This document shows positions 19,221 through 29,276 of a DNA stretch of 64,000 nt, piece after piece; the stretch's first letter is position 1; each line of letters begins with the position of its first letter. Both the position numbers and the translations under genes were made by a program. The DNA is from an uncultured Candidatus Saccharibacteria bacterium. GTDB lineage: Bacteria; Patescibacteriota; Doudnabacteria; UBA920. The stretch covers positions 18,769 to 82,768 of the forward strand of contig CAYLIB010000007.1 in NCBI GenBank assembly GCA_964384035.1. Reading direction: 5' to 3'. The notes beneath the pieces were generated by a model. It did no database searches, was not told the origin of the DNA, and saw nothing but the letters and a program-made list of their open reading frames with translations.

Positions 19221-19333
19221 AATTCAAAATTCAAAAATAAAAATTCAAAATTTAAAGTAAAAACTCAAAATTTGGTATTTACTTTTGAATTTTGAATTAC
19301 AATTTTGACTTTTGATTTTTGACTTTTAAATTT
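19221..19333. repeat. Heptamer-repeat hairpin
   Basis: AATTCAA-type units followed by TTTTGA(A/C/T)-type units. Confidence 0.75.
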
Positions 19334-19339
19334 ACGATC

Positions 19340-20395
19340 GTGTTTGAGTTTTTGTTTAAACAATTTTCAAAAGATATAGGGATCGATCTTGGTACTGCAA
19401 ATACTCTTGTCTATGTGAAAGGCAAGGGTATTGTTATCAATGAGCCTTCTGTTGTGGCTATTAATCAAAGGACAAAACAGATAGTTGCTATTGGTAGTGA
19501 AGCACAAAGAATGGTAGGTAGAACCCCCACGCATATTGTTGCTACGAGACCTTTGGTCGACGGAGTTATTTCGGATTTTGAGATAACTGAACAGATGTTA
19601 CGGTATTTTATAGATAAGGTTCATAATAAAACTTATACTTTTCTTCGCAGACCAAGGGTTGTGATTGGTATACCTTCCGGGGTTACTGAGGTCGAGAAAA
19701 GAGCTGTTCAAGATGCTGCTCAGAATGCTGGTGCTCGTCAAGCGTATTTAATAGAAGAACCCATGGCTGCGGCAATCGGGGCAAGGCTTCCTGTTCAGGA
19801 TGCGCAAGGGTCGATGATAGTAGACATTGGTGGTGGCACAACCGAGATTGCGGTTATTAGTTTGGGTGGCGTGGTAATAGCTAGAAGCCTTAGGGTGGCG
19901 GGAGATAAAATGAATGAAAATATAATCCAATACGCAAGAGAACGTATGGGTTTAGTGATTGGGGAGAGGACTGCTGAAGAAATGAAAATTAAAGCCGGCA
20001 GCGCATATCCAATTCCTGAAACAATATATGTGAATATGCGTGGTAGGGATTTAGTTTCTGGGTTACCCAAAGAGTTACAAGTAAGCGATGCGGATGTCAG
20101 AGAGAGCTTGGCTCCTTCAGTTAAGATGATTGTAAATACGATAAAAGATGTGGTAGAAGAAATTCCCCCAGAGATTATCTCAGATATTATGCATAAGGGG
20201 ATAGTCTTAGCTGGTGGGGGTGCTGGACTTAGAGGGTTGGATAGGCTTATATCTGAGGCTACACAAATACCTGTTGCGGTCGCAGATGATCCTTTGACTT
20301 GTGTTGTTAGGGGTACGGGGGTAGTGGTTGAGGACTTGGAGGCGCTTAAGGATGTATTGCTCCCTACACAATTTGATAAGAGTTTGAGGCAATAA
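19340..20395 (+). CDS. mreB: Rod shape-determining actin homologue
   Basis: IGIDLGTANT, DIGGGTTE; GTG 19340 is the likely start. Confidence 0.97.
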   Translation: MFEFLFKQFSKDIGIDLGTANTLVYVKGKGIVINEPSVVAINQRTKQIVAIGSEAQRMVGRTPTHIVATRPLVDGVISDFEITEQMLRYFIDKVHNKTYTFLRRPRVVIGIPSGVTEVEKRAVQDAAQNAGARQAYLIEEPMAAAIGARLPVQDAQGSMIVDIGGGTTEIAVISLGGVVIARSLRVAGDKMNENIIQYARERMGLVIGERTAEEMKIKAGSAYPIPETIYVNMRGRDLVSGLPKELQVSDADVRESLAPSVKMIVNTIKDVVEEIPPEIISDIMHKGIVLAGGGAGLRGLDRLISEATQIPVAVADDPLTCVVRGTGVVVEDLEALKDVLLPTQFDKSLRQ

Positions 20396-20401
20396 AAAAT
20401 T

Positions 20402-21199
20402 ATGAGGTTTATATATACAAGAACATTTGCAGTATTTTTTGGTCTATTAACTCTCGGTGCTATATTTGTATTTCTTCAGACTAAAGGATTTGTAGATCCG
20501 ATAAAAAGAATAATGCTAGAAGCTCCAAAACCTGTGACATACGTGATAAGGGGGATAGTAAGTCCTATTAAGGAATTTTTTTCAACTGTTTCAACCTTAA
20601 AAGAAATTGCAAAAGAGAATGTGAGGTTAAATGAGAGGATTAGAGAGTTGGAACAACAGGTTGTAGCCGGTGATCAGCTTAGGAGTGAAAATCAATTATT
20701 GTTATCTGAATTGGGTTTTGTAAAAGCGAGTAAATTTGAGCTTATAAGGTGTACAGTTTTGTCTTATGACCCACAGGGGATAACAAATACTTTTGTGGTA
20801 AATTGCGGGAAAAACAAAGGATTAAGCCAGGGAATGGCTGTGTTGTCGAACAGTCATTTAGCGGGTAGGTTGATTTATGTAGGGAATCAAACTAGTACCG
20901 CGGAGTTCGTGACAAATCCTAATAGTACTATCGATGGGAAAATATCAAGAAGTGGTAGTCTAGGATTGGTCAGGGGGTCGTTTGCTTCTGGTTTATTATT
21001 TGAATCGCTTTCTCAGACAAGCGATTTTAATAAGGGAGATTTAGTGGTTACTGCTGGGGTGAATAGTTTGATCCCAGCGGGGTTAGTAATAGGTGAGGTG
21101 GATAAGGTTATTACGCAAGATAATGAATTGTTTAAAAAATCTACCGTGATTAGTCCTTTGGTTTTTAGGACGCTTAACTATGTATTTATTGTTAAATAA
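20402..21199 (+). CDS. mreC: Rod shape-determining protein MreC
   Basis: TM helix, coiled coil, GDLVVTAG..PAGLVIG; follows mreB. Confidence 0.9.
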   Translation: MRFIYTRTFAVFFGLLTLGAIFVFLQTKGFVDPIKRIMLEAPKPVTYVIRGIVSPIKEFFSTVSTLKEIAKENVRLNERIRELEQQVVAGDQLRSENQLLLSELGFVKASKFELIRCTVLSYDPQGITNTFVVNCGKNKGLSQGMAVLSNSHLAGRLIYVGNQTSTAEFVTNPNSTIDGKISRSGSLGLVRGSFASGLLFESLSQTSDFNKGDLVVTAGVNSLIPAGLVIGEVDKVITQDNELFKKSTVISPLVFRTLNYVFIVK

Positions 21200-21204
21200 T
21201 AAAA

Positions 21205-21729
21205 TTGAGGTACTTTCTATACATATTAGTAATTATAGTTTTGCTTGGCTTGAATTTTGGCATGTTCACATATTTGCCGTTTTTTGGGATGCATGATTTG
21301 TTGTTACTTTTTTTGTTAGTTTTGGTAACTAATAATGAAGAGGGTTATTATTTTTTTGCCATTTTAGCGGGTGTGTATATGGATTTTATGGTGAATGCGT
21401 TTCCAGGGACTTATCTTTTAGTCTATATACTTTTAGTTTATTTAATTAGGATAATTTTTGATAAAGTTATATTTAATCAAAACCCTATAGGTTATCTTCT
21501 ACTCTCTGTGGCTTCGGTGACTATTGTAATGCCTTTTTGGGTATACTTATATAATCAAGTGTTTTATTGGCTTAAGATAAATGGGGCAATAGGACTTGGT
21601 TTTCCCACGCTTAAAGAAGTGGTAATTAGGCTTGTTTGTAACTTATTATTGCTATTTCCAATTTATTTTTTGGAGAATTTTGTTAGCAATATTCTTATTA
21701 AATTAAGGCATAATAGAAGATTGCTTTAA
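21205..21729 (+). CDS. mreD: Rod shape-determining protein MreD
   Basis: Polytopic membrane protein between mreC and PBP2; GVYMDF motif. Confidence 0.7.
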   Translation: MRYFLYILVIIVLLGLNFGMFTYLPFFGMHDLLLLFLLVLVTNNEEGYYFFAILAGVYMDFMVNAFPGTYLLVYILLVYLIRIIFDKVIFNQNPIGYLLLSVASVTIVMPFWVYLYNQVFYWLKINGAIGLGFPTLKEVVIRLVCNLLLLFPIYFLENFVSNILIKLRHNRRLL

Positions 21730-21733
21730 AGTT

Positions 21734-23698
21734 ATGATAAGAAAAGTTAGAAAATTACATAATCCTTTTGATGACCGTCCTAGTACGGAAATTAAACATG
21801 GTCAAGGATTGGAATGGGATGAAGCTATTGCTGATTCAAATAGTGATGTTGACGAGCAGTCTTCGCAAGCAGATACAGCATTGGATATTAAATGGTTGAA
21901 GCCGATAATTGTTTTAGGTTTTGTTTTGTTGTTTGCAAGGTTGTCATATTTGCAAGTTGTGAAAGGTGAGAGCTTGGCGGATAGAGCTGAAGGTAATAGG
22001 ACAAGAAAATTAAGTTTACCTGCACCAAGGGGATTAATAGTTGACAGGTACGGGAATAATTTAACGCATAATGGCGCTAGCTTTAACTTGGTCGCGATAC
22101 CTTTCGACCTACCTCAAGATGGGTTATCTCAAACAATTGAATCGCTGTCTAACACTTTAGGACTAGATGCTAGTGTGATTACAAAAACCATACAAAGTGC
22201 TAATAGGAAATCGTTCCAACCAATACTAATTAAATCTGACTTAGCGGAGAAGGATAGAATATTATTCGAAACTAAGGCGGCTAGCTTTCCAGGCTTTACT
22301 ATTATTACGGTTCCCGTTAGGGATTATGTAGAGCCTCAGATTTACTCGCATTTATTAGGTTATACAAGTGTTATATCTGAAAGTGAGCTAGATAAATTTG
22401 GAGAAGGATACGAGCTATCAGATGTGGTTGGTAAAAGTGGAATAGAGAATCAGTATGAAAGATTTCTGAAAGGAATAAACGGCAGAGAGGAAATTGAGGT
22501 GGACGCTACGGGTAAGCTTATGAAAGTAATAGGTGAAGTTGAACCTAAGGTTGGGAATACTTTGGTGTTGAATATAGATAAAGATCTTCAGGATGAAATA
22601 TATAAATATTTTTCAGTGGGGATTGCTGGGACAAAAGGGGCAGTGGTTGCTATGGATCCCAGAAGCGGAGAAGTGTTGGCATTTTTAAGTTTACCGGGGT
22701 ATAACACTAATTTATTCTCAAGAGGGATTTCTAATGACGATTATAAAAACTTATTGGGTGATAAAAATTTACCTTTATTTAATCGTGTTGTGGCTGGGAC
22801 TTATCCACCGGGTTCTACTGTTAAGCCGATGGTAGGATTGGCGGCTCTTGAAGAGGGTAGTGTGAAGGAAAACACAATCGTACATGATAACGGTAAGTTA
22901 GTTATCCCTAACCAATATAATCCCGGTGTATCATATGACTTCGTGGGTTGGAAAAGAGATGGGTTGGGACCAGTAAATGTCGCTAAGGCAATTGCTGTCT
23001 CGAGTGATATTTTCTTTTATGTGGTTACAGGCGGGCATTCAAGTTCTAATATAACCCCCTTAGGTATAGAAAAGCTTTCCAGGTGGTATAGAAAATTTAA
23101 TTTAGGTAAACCGACTGGTATAGATTTGCCGGGAGAAAAAAGTGGTGTTGTGGCGGATCCTGATTGGAAAGCAAAATATTTTGCAGGAGATAATGTATTA
23201 TCGAGATGGTATCTAGGTGATACGTACCATGTTGGTATTGGACAAGGTGATATGCTTGTAACTCCACTTCAGGTGGCTTCCTGGACAGCTACGATAGCGA
23301 ATAATGGCGTGGGTATGAAGCCGAGGTTACTTAATTCTGTGAAGGATGGCACTGGTAAGGTGGTTTATGAGAGTAAAGAGCAGGTACTCATTCCGAAAGT
23401 GGGGACTGACAAGAATTTGGCTATTGTACAAGGGGGGATGAGGGAGACTATTTTGTATGGTTCCGGTAGGCAGTTGTCTGCGTTACCAATAACAAGCGCA
23501 GGGAAAACCGGGACTTCTCAGTTTGATGGTAGTGACCCTAAAAAGACGCACGCATGGTTTACTGCATACGCCCCATTTGAAAATCCACAAATAGTTGTTA
23601 CTGTATTAGTGGAGGCGGGGGGTGAGGGTCATGCGGCAGCGGTGCCTATTGTGAATAAGGTATTGGCATGGTGGGCTGAACACCGCTACCAAAAGTAG
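21734..23698 (+). CDS. mrdA: Penicillin-binding protein 2
   Basis: APRGLIVDR, PGSTVKP (SxxK), SSD, GKTGTSQ. Confidence 0.93.
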   Translation: MIRKVRKLHNPFDDRPSTEIKHGQGLEWDEAIADSNSDVDEQSSQADTALDIKWLKPIIVLGFVLLFARLSYLQVVKGESLADRAEGNRTRKLSLPAPRGLIVDRYGNNLTHNGASFNLVAIPFDLPQDGLSQTIESLSNTLGLDASVITKTIQSANRKSFQPILIKSDLAEKDRILFETKAASFPGFTIITVPVRDYVEPQIYSHLLGYTSVISESELDKFGEGYELSDVVGKSGIENQYERFLKGINGREEIEVDATGKLMKVIGEVEPKVGNTLVLNIDKDLQDEIYKYFSVGIAGTKGAVVAMDPRSGEVLAFLSLPGYNTNLFSRGISNDDYKNLLGDKNLPLFNRVVAGTYPPGSTVKPMVGLAALEEGSVKENTIVHDNGKLVIPNQYNPGVSYDFVGWKRDGLGPVNVAKAIAVSSDIFFYVVTGGHSSSNITPLGIEKLSRWYRKFNLGKPTGIDLPGEKSGVVADPDWKAKYFAGDNVLSRWYLGDTYHVGIGQGDMLVTPLQVASWTATIANNGVGMKPRLLNSVKDGTGKVVYESKEQVLIPKVGTDKNLAIVQGGMRETILYGSGRQLSALPITSAGKTGTSQFDGSDPKKTHAWFTAYAPFENPQIVVTVLVEAGGEGHAAAVPIVNKVLAWWAEHRYQK

Positions 23699-23784
23699 CG
23701 AGACTAAGTTCGTAAAATTGAAATTATATTGTGAGATTAGTTTTTGAACTTTACAAGCCATATTAACTTTTAAGAACCACTAAT

Positions 23785-24612
23785 ATGTTAATTGATGGGG
23801 TAAAAATTGCGGAGGCGATATACGATGACTTGGCCAAAAAGGTAAAGAATCTTCCTTTTATTCCTGTGTTTGCAGACCTGGTAGTCGGTGAAGACCAGGT
23901 AAGTATGCAGTATGTCGGAGTGAAGCAAAAAGTTGCCCAAAGAATCGGTGTAGAATTTATTGTTAGTAAGTTACCAGCAGGTTCAGAAGTGACTACTATA
24001 ATAAATGAATTAGAAAAGTTGTCTCATCTTGCCAAGGTATCGGGGATTATTGTTCAGTTACCACTACCTAATGGTATAGATACTGGTTTAGTATTAAGCG
24101 CTTTGCCAATTGGTTTAGATGTTGATGTTGTGAGTGGTCAGGGTAGTGAGCTGTTTTATTCTAATAATAATTTTATTTTGACACCGCCAACTGCGGCGGC
24201 AGTTATGGAAATTTTGAATAGTACGGGCGTTGTGTTGGAGAACAAGAATATATTGGTAATAGGAAAAGGTCAGTTAGTAGGAAAACCTTTCGCTAGATTA
24301 TTGGAGCTAAGAGGACTTCCGTATACGGTATTAGATACTGCTTCCGAAAATCCGAATGAGAAAATAAAAGAAGCGGATGTTATTATAAGTGGGACAGGAA
24401 GGCCGAGATTTATTACAGGGGAGATGATTAAACAGGGGGCTATAGTTATAGATGCCGGCACTGCTGAATCAGCTGGTCAAATAGTTGGGGATATTGATAC
24501 AGAGAGTGTATCGAAAGTTGCCAGTTTTGTTTCCCCTGTACCTGGTGGGGTTGGTCCCGTGACTGTGGCTATGTTGTATAAGAATGTATTAAAAGTTGCT
24601 GGTGGTTCTTGA
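23785..24612 (+). CDS. folD: Methylenetetrahydrofolate dehydrogenase/cyclohydrolase
   Basis: GIIVQLPLP, PVPGGVGPVTVAML. Confidence 0.92.
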   Translation: MLIDGVKIAEAIYDDLAKKVKNLPFIPVFADLVVGEDQVSMQYVGVKQKVAQRIGVEFIVSKLPAGSEVTTIINELEKLSHLAKVSGIIVQLPLPNGIDTGLVLSALPIGLDVDVVSGQGSELFYSNNNFILTPPTAAAVMEILNSTGVVLENKNILVIGKGQLVGKPFARLLELRGLPYTVLDTASENPNEKIKEADVIISGTGRPRFITGEMIKQGAIVIDAGTAESAGQIVGDIDTESVSKVASFVSPVPGGVGPVTVAMLYKNVLKVAGGS

Positions 24613-24637
24613 CCTTATGGTTTATTTTTGGTATAGT
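24609..24637 (+). promoter_or_regulatory. sigma70-like promoter of greA
   Basis: TTGACC-N17-TATAGT. Confidence 0.6.
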
Positions 24638-24663
24638 TAGGTCATTATTTTTCAAAATTATAA

Positions 24664-25125
24664 ATGAGTAAAAAGTATCTATTGACCCATGAGGGTCTGG
24701 CTAAATTAAATGATGAATTGAAGTTTCTTATAAACGAGAAGCGAAAAGAAGTTATTGAAAGAATTAGAGAAGCAGCGGCTCATGGAGATTTATCCGAAAA
24801 TGCTGACTATGCGCAAGCAAGAGAGGAGCAATCGTTTATAGAAGGTAGGATCCAAGAGATTGAAGAGATGATTAAGAATGCTGAGATAATTACAGCTGCT
24901 ACTCAGCATAATACCGTAACGATCGGTTCTACTGTAACTGTAAAGGTAAACGATCAAAAAAGAACTTATAGTATTGTCGGAAGTAATGAAGCTAATCCAG
25001 GGGAAGGTAAAATTTCTAATGAGTCTTTGGTAGGCAAGTCTCTTTTAGGGAAAAAACTCGGCGATAAATTTACAGTTCAAGCACCAGCTGGTCCAATGGA
25101 ATATGAGATAGTCGAGATAGCTTAA
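24664..25125 (+). CDS. greA: Transcription elongation factor GreA
   Basis: HGDLSENADY, KISNESLVG. Confidence 0.96.
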   Translation: MSKKYLLTHEGLAKLNDELKFLINEKRKEVIERIREAAAHGDLSENADYAQAREEQSFIEGRIQEIEEMIKNAEIITAATQHNTVTIGSTVTVKVNDQKRTYSIVGSNEANPGEGKISNESLVGKSLLGKKLGDKFTVQAPAGPMEYEIVEIA

Positions 25126-25142
25126 ATAAAAAAAGATCTTTT

Positions 25143-25299
25143 GAGGTTGTCCCAAAATTTCATTTCAGTCAATTTTTAAAAATCCCGGCTATGAAGTTTC
25201 CAAAAAAAAATTCAACGATATCGCTGAATTTTTTTTTTGAAATCTTCTCGCCCGGAATTTTTTAAAAAATACCCCGAAAGCAAGTTTTGGGACAGCCTC
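25143..25299. mobile_element. 157-bp palindromic MITE-like element
   Basis: Terminal inverted repeats GAGGTTGTCCCAAAATTT / AAGTTTTGGGACAGCCTC; paired throughout; sits between the arms of a terminator-like AAAAAGAT..GTCTTTTT. Confidence 0.6.
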
Positions 25300-25335
25300 T
25301 TTGGCGTCTTTTTTGGTATAAAAAAATAGCGCTTG

Positions 25336-25620
25336 TCACGCTGGTATTTCTAACCTTGATTCTTCCTCTAATACTTTGTAACCAGAAAAACCTAGGTCGG
25401 ACATGCTTATGCAGCTACTAACTGGAAAGGTTAAGTTTTGACCTGCGGAGTCGCAAATAGTTACACAGCGTATATCCCAAGTAGGGGTACCGGTCACTGC
25501 GAGAATGCAGCCGTTGTTGGTAAGAATGAATGTCTTGGGGTATATGACTCTATCCAGTCGAGCTTTGGTAAAATTGTTGAGTCGTTCACATAACCAATTT
25601 TCATTGTTTCGATTTGACAT
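25336..25620 (-). CDS. Hypothetical small protein (orphan) with its own promoter and SD
   Basis: 94 aa; AGGAG 8 nt before the ATG; TTGACA-N17-CATAAT at 25659-25687. Confidence 0.65.
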   Translation of the reverse strand: MSNRNNENWLCERLNNFTKARLDRVIYPKTFILTNNGCILAVTGTPTWDIRCVTICDSAGQNLTFPVSSCISMSDLGFSGYKVLEEESRLEIPA

Positions 25621-25737
25621 GCGTTTTGCTCCTGAGTTTTGTCATGAAAAGATTTTAGATTATGTGATTTTTTTTGGGTTTTGTCAACTGGGATAGAAAC
25701 CTGTTAAAATGAATGGGTAATTTAATAAATTGGATGT

Positions 25738-27642
25738 ATGCAAGAACGACTTGAAGATATAATTCGAATAAGGAAAGATAAGATATTGGCTTTGGAAAAG
25801 CTCTCTATTGATGTTTATCCTTCGACAACTAACCGTACCCATAGTAATGCGGAAGTACTGGAGAAATTTTCAGACTTACAGGCTAGGGAATTGGTAATAG
25901 TGGGCAGGATAAGATCCTTTAGAGATATGGGAAAACTTATTTTTGTACACATCGATGACGGTACTGCTCGTGTGCAGGTATTGTTAAAAGATGAGCATGT
26001 TGGTGCTGAGAATTTGAAATTTTTTAAGAAACATTTTGATTTAGGAGATTTCGCGGAATTTGCAGGGACGTTATTTGAAACAAAGACAGGTGAGAAAACT
26101 TTGCAGGCTAAAGAATTTAAAATGCTTGCTAAAAGTATTTTACCGTTGCCAAGTGAGCATTTCGGGATAGAAGATACCGAACTAAAACTAAGAAAAAGGT
26201 ATCTGGATATTTTGTTAGATCCAGAGGTTAAGGAGATTTTTATTAAGAAAAACAAATTTTGGCAGGCTTTTAGAAATTTTTTGGAACAAAGAGGTTTTTT
26301 GGAAGTAGAAATGCCAATTTTAGAAGGTATACCTGGAGGCGCAGAAGCGGATCCGTTTATTACCCACCACAATGCACTTGATCGTGATTTTTATTTGCGA
26401 ATCTCACTAGAATTACCTTTGAAGAAAATGTTGGTGGCAGGGTATGAGAAAGTATTCGAAATTGGGAGGATTTTTAGAAATGAAGGTATCTCAACTGAAC
26501 ATTTGCAAGATTACACACAAATGGAGTTTTATTGGGCATATGGGGACTTTGAAGGGCTTCTGAAATTTTGGCAGGAAATGTATCAGTATGTAATAAAAGA
26601 GACTTTTGGGACATTGACTATAGCGTCTAGGGGGAAAACTGTGGACTGGAGTGGCGAGTGGCCAAGGGTTAGTTATGTGCAAGTATTTAAAGAGTATACA
26701 GGTTTAGATTTGCTTTCTTGTTCGGATGAGGACTTAAGGAATTATGCGGATTCAAATTCAATTGAGTATGAAGATTTTGCTCAAAGGGGTAGGCTAATAG
26801 ATGTAATTTTTAAAAAATTTAGAAAACAAATTCCTGGAGACAAGCCATTTTTCTTGATAGATCAACCTATTGAGCTAGAACCATTGGCTAAAAAAGATCC
26901 TAAGAATCCAAAGCTTGTTCAGAGGGCACAAGTAGTTGCTTATGGTACCGAATTGGGTAAAGGGTTTGGAGAGTTAAATGATCCAATAGATCAAAGACAG
27001 AGGTTTACTGAACAGGCTAAGTTAAGAGAAGCAGGTGATAGTGAAGCTCAAATGTTTGATGAAGGTTATGTGGAAGCCATGGAATATGGGATGCCGCCAG
27101 CCGCCGGATTTGGTGTAAGTGAAAGATTGTTTGCTTTGCTTATGGATAAATCTGTAAGAGAAACACAGATTTTTCCTCTGATGAAGGAAGAAGATTTAGG
27201 AAGAGTAGTGAAAAATGAGAAAGAAACACCTTTGGCTGTGGTAGTGGTTAATAATTCTTCTAAATTAGAAAAATGGCAAGAGTTAAATACAGTCGCGCAT
27301 CTAAATGCTGCTTATGGGGCAAGGATGGGTAAGAAATTGTTTTATTCCGAGTCTGCTCATTCTAAGGATGGCAAAGATGTAAAAATGAATACAAGTCATG
27401 CGATTATTATAAAGAGCGCTAATTCAGGAAGCGAGCTTGGTGAGCTTTTGGAAAAAGCAGTTGATTTAAATTTGCACACAGAGGTTTTTTCCAGAGAGAT
27501 GATTAATTCTAGTGATGATAAAAAAGTAATGAAGGAGATAGGTTCAAAAGAATTTAAAGATATTGAATTATTAGGAGTTTTGGTTTTTGGATCTAAGAAA
27601 AAAGTCTCAGAAATCACTTCTGGATTCTCATTATATTCTTAA
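25738..27642 (+). CDS. lysS: Class II lysyl-tRNA synthetase with a fused C-terminal DUF2000-like domain
   Basis: PFITHHN, YLRISLEL, FRNEG, YGMPPAAGFG, then ~150 extra aa after FPLMK. Confidence 0.95.
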   Translation: MQERLEDIIRIRKDKILALEKLSIDVYPSTTNRTHSNAEVLEKFSDLQARELVIVGRIRSFRDMGKLIFVHIDDGTARVQVLLKDEHVGAENLKFFKKHFDLGDFAEFAGTLFETKTGEKTLQAKEFKMLAKSILPLPSEHFGIEDTELKLRKRYLDILLDPEVKEIFIKKNKFWQAFRNFLEQRGFLEVEMPILEGIPGGAEADPFITHHNALDRDFYLRISLELPLKKMLVAGYEKVFEIGRIFRNEGISTEHLQDYTQMEFYWAYGDFEGLLKFWQEMYQYVIKETFGTLTIASRGKTVDWSGEWPRVSYVQVFKEYTGLDLLSCSDEDLRNYADSNSIEYEDFAQRGRLIDVIFKKFRKQIPGDKPFFLIDQPIELEPLAKKDPKNPKLVQRAQVVAYGTELGKGFGELNDPIDQRQRFTEQAKLREAGDSEAQMFDEGYVEAMEYGMPPAAGFGVSERLFALLMDKSVRETQIFPLMKEEDLGRVVKNEKETPLAVVVVNNSSKLEKWQELNTVAHLNAAYGARMGKKLFYSESAHSKDGKDVKMNTSHAIIIKSANSGSELGELLEKAVDLNLHTEVFSREMINSSDDKKVMKEIGSKEFKDIELLGVLVFGSKKKVSEITSGFSLYS

Positions 27643-27656
27643 TTATCTATAAAAAT

Positions 27657-29012
27657 ATGCTTGATATAAAATATATTCGCGAAAATGTTGAGAAGGTTAA
27701 GAAGGCAATCTTCGATAAAAGGGTGGATTTGAGTTTAGATGAATTATTAGATGTAGACTCTGAAAGAAGGACTTTGCTCGTGGAGGTCGAAGAATTAGCA
27801 GCAACAAAAAATAATGTCTCTAAAGAGCTACCTAAATTGTCTGAAGAGGAAAAGAAAGTAAAACTGCTTGAGATGAAAGAAGTCGATTTTAGGCAGAGCG
27901 AACTTAAAGAAAAACTTAGAACAATTACTGAAAGATATGATTATCTTATGTATTTGGTGCCGAATATTCCCGCTCCTGAAACCCCAGTTGGGAAAAGTGA
28001 TGCAGAGAATATTCCATGGAAATATTGGTCTCCTCCTCTTGGGGTGGTAGATCCTAAAGATATAGATAATGTTGCTAAAGTTCCTTCTGTTTATAGTTTT
28101 CCTGTGAAAGATCATGTAGAGTTGGGTAAGAACTTAGACATTATAGATACAGATGCAGGGGTAAGGACGTCTGGTTTTAGGGGTTACTATTTGAAGAATG
28201 AGGCTGTGTTGTTACAGCAGGCTTTGGTAAATTTGGCCTTGGAAAAGTTAAGAAATAGAGAATTTACATTAATGGTGCCTCCTGTTTTAGTGAGAGAGTC
28301 AGCATTGTTAGGTAGTGGGCATTTTCCTACGGGTAGGGATGAGATTTATCAAGTAGCAAGTAGTGGCTCTGTGAAAAATGGTAAGTTTTCTGAAGAGGAA
28401 CCTACTTTTTTAGCTGGGACTAGTGAGCCTAGTTTACTTGCTTATTATCAAGATCAGGTACTCGAAGAAAAGGATTTGCCTATTAAGCTTGCTGGTGTAT
28501 CTGCTTGTTTTAGAAGCGAGGTTGGTAGTTACGGTAAGGACACGAGGGGTATATATAGGATTCATGAATTTCAGAAGGTAGAGCAAGTTGTTATGTGTAA
28601 GGCAGATGTTAATGAAGCAGATCAATGGTTGGAAAATTTACGAGAGGTTGCCGAAGAGATTCTGCAAGACCTTAAGCTTCCTTATAGAGTAATACATGTA
28701 TGTACAGGGGATATGGGTGCTGGAAAGTATAAGATGTATGATATAGAGACTTGGATGCCTTCGAGGGCAAGTTACGGTGAAACTCATAGCGATAGTAGTT
28801 TAACTGACTGGCAAAGTAGACGTCTGGGTATTAGATATAAAGATGCTTCGGGAAAAATACGTTATGTTTATACTTTAAATAATACAGCTGTCGCAAGTCC
28901 TAGAATATTAATTCCTATTTTAGAGACGTATCAACAGCAAGATGGTAGTGTTATAGTTCCGGATGTGCTCAGAAAATGGACTGGTTTCGAAGTAATAAAA
29001 CCAAAAAATTAG
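27657..29012 (+). CDS. serS: Seryl-tRNA synthetase
   Basis: MLDIKYIR, LAGTSE, FRSEVG, RIHEFQKVEQ, TLNNT. Confidence 0.97.
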   Translation: MLDIKYIRENVEKVKKAIFDKRVDLSLDELLDVDSERRTLLVEVEELAATKNNVSKELPKLSEEEKKVKLLEMKEVDFRQSELKEKLRTITERYDYLMYLVPNIPAPETPVGKSDAENIPWKYWSPPLGVVDPKDIDNVAKVPSVYSFPVKDHVELGKNLDIIDTDAGVRTSGFRGYYLKNEAVLLQQALVNLALEKLRNREFTLMVPPVLVRESALLGSGHFPTGRDEIYQVASSGSVKNGKFSEEEPTFLAGTSEPSLLAYYQDQVLEEKDLPIKLAGVSACFRSEVGSYGKDTRGIYRIHEFQKVEQVVMCKADVNEADQWLENLREVAEEILQDLKLPYRVIHVCTGDMGAGKYKMYDIETWMPSRASYGETHSDSSLTDWQSRRLGIRYKDASGKIRYVYTLNNTAVASPRILIPILETYQQQDGSVIVPDVLRKWTGFEVIKPKN

Positions 29013-29032
29013 CGCGCAACTTTAGAACACGG

Positions 29033-29253
29033 GATCGCATAGTTTGGTACATTTTGGTAGATTTTATTCCCAGTAGCGAATTCCAGGTTGAGGAGTAGGC
29101 TCAGTCCGTCCTAAGCTTTGGAATGTTCCTTTTGCGACTATCCACCGTCCCAGTGCAGACGACCTTAGTAAGAACCGACAAAGTTAGATCTTTTCAAGAG
29201 TCCTTCATCCGCAGTACTTGAAAATCGACCAATTTGTACAAAAATCTGCAATC
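29033..29253. repeat. Long-palindrome element, AAAATCTGCAAT family, copy B
   Basis: GATCGCATAGTTTGGTACATTTTGGTAGATTTT ... AAAATCGACCAATTTGTACAAAAATCTGCAATC. Confidence 0.7.
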
Positions 29254-29276
29254 GATCATAAATAGTAAGAGATTAA

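Noticed and set aside
19221-19333. CRISPR array
   Set aside because: 7-nt units without unique spacers, and no cas genes in the window.
28020-28090. Palindromic insertion in serS loop (WSPPLGVVD)
   Set aside because: Only a weak 4-5 bp stem and no second copy in the window.
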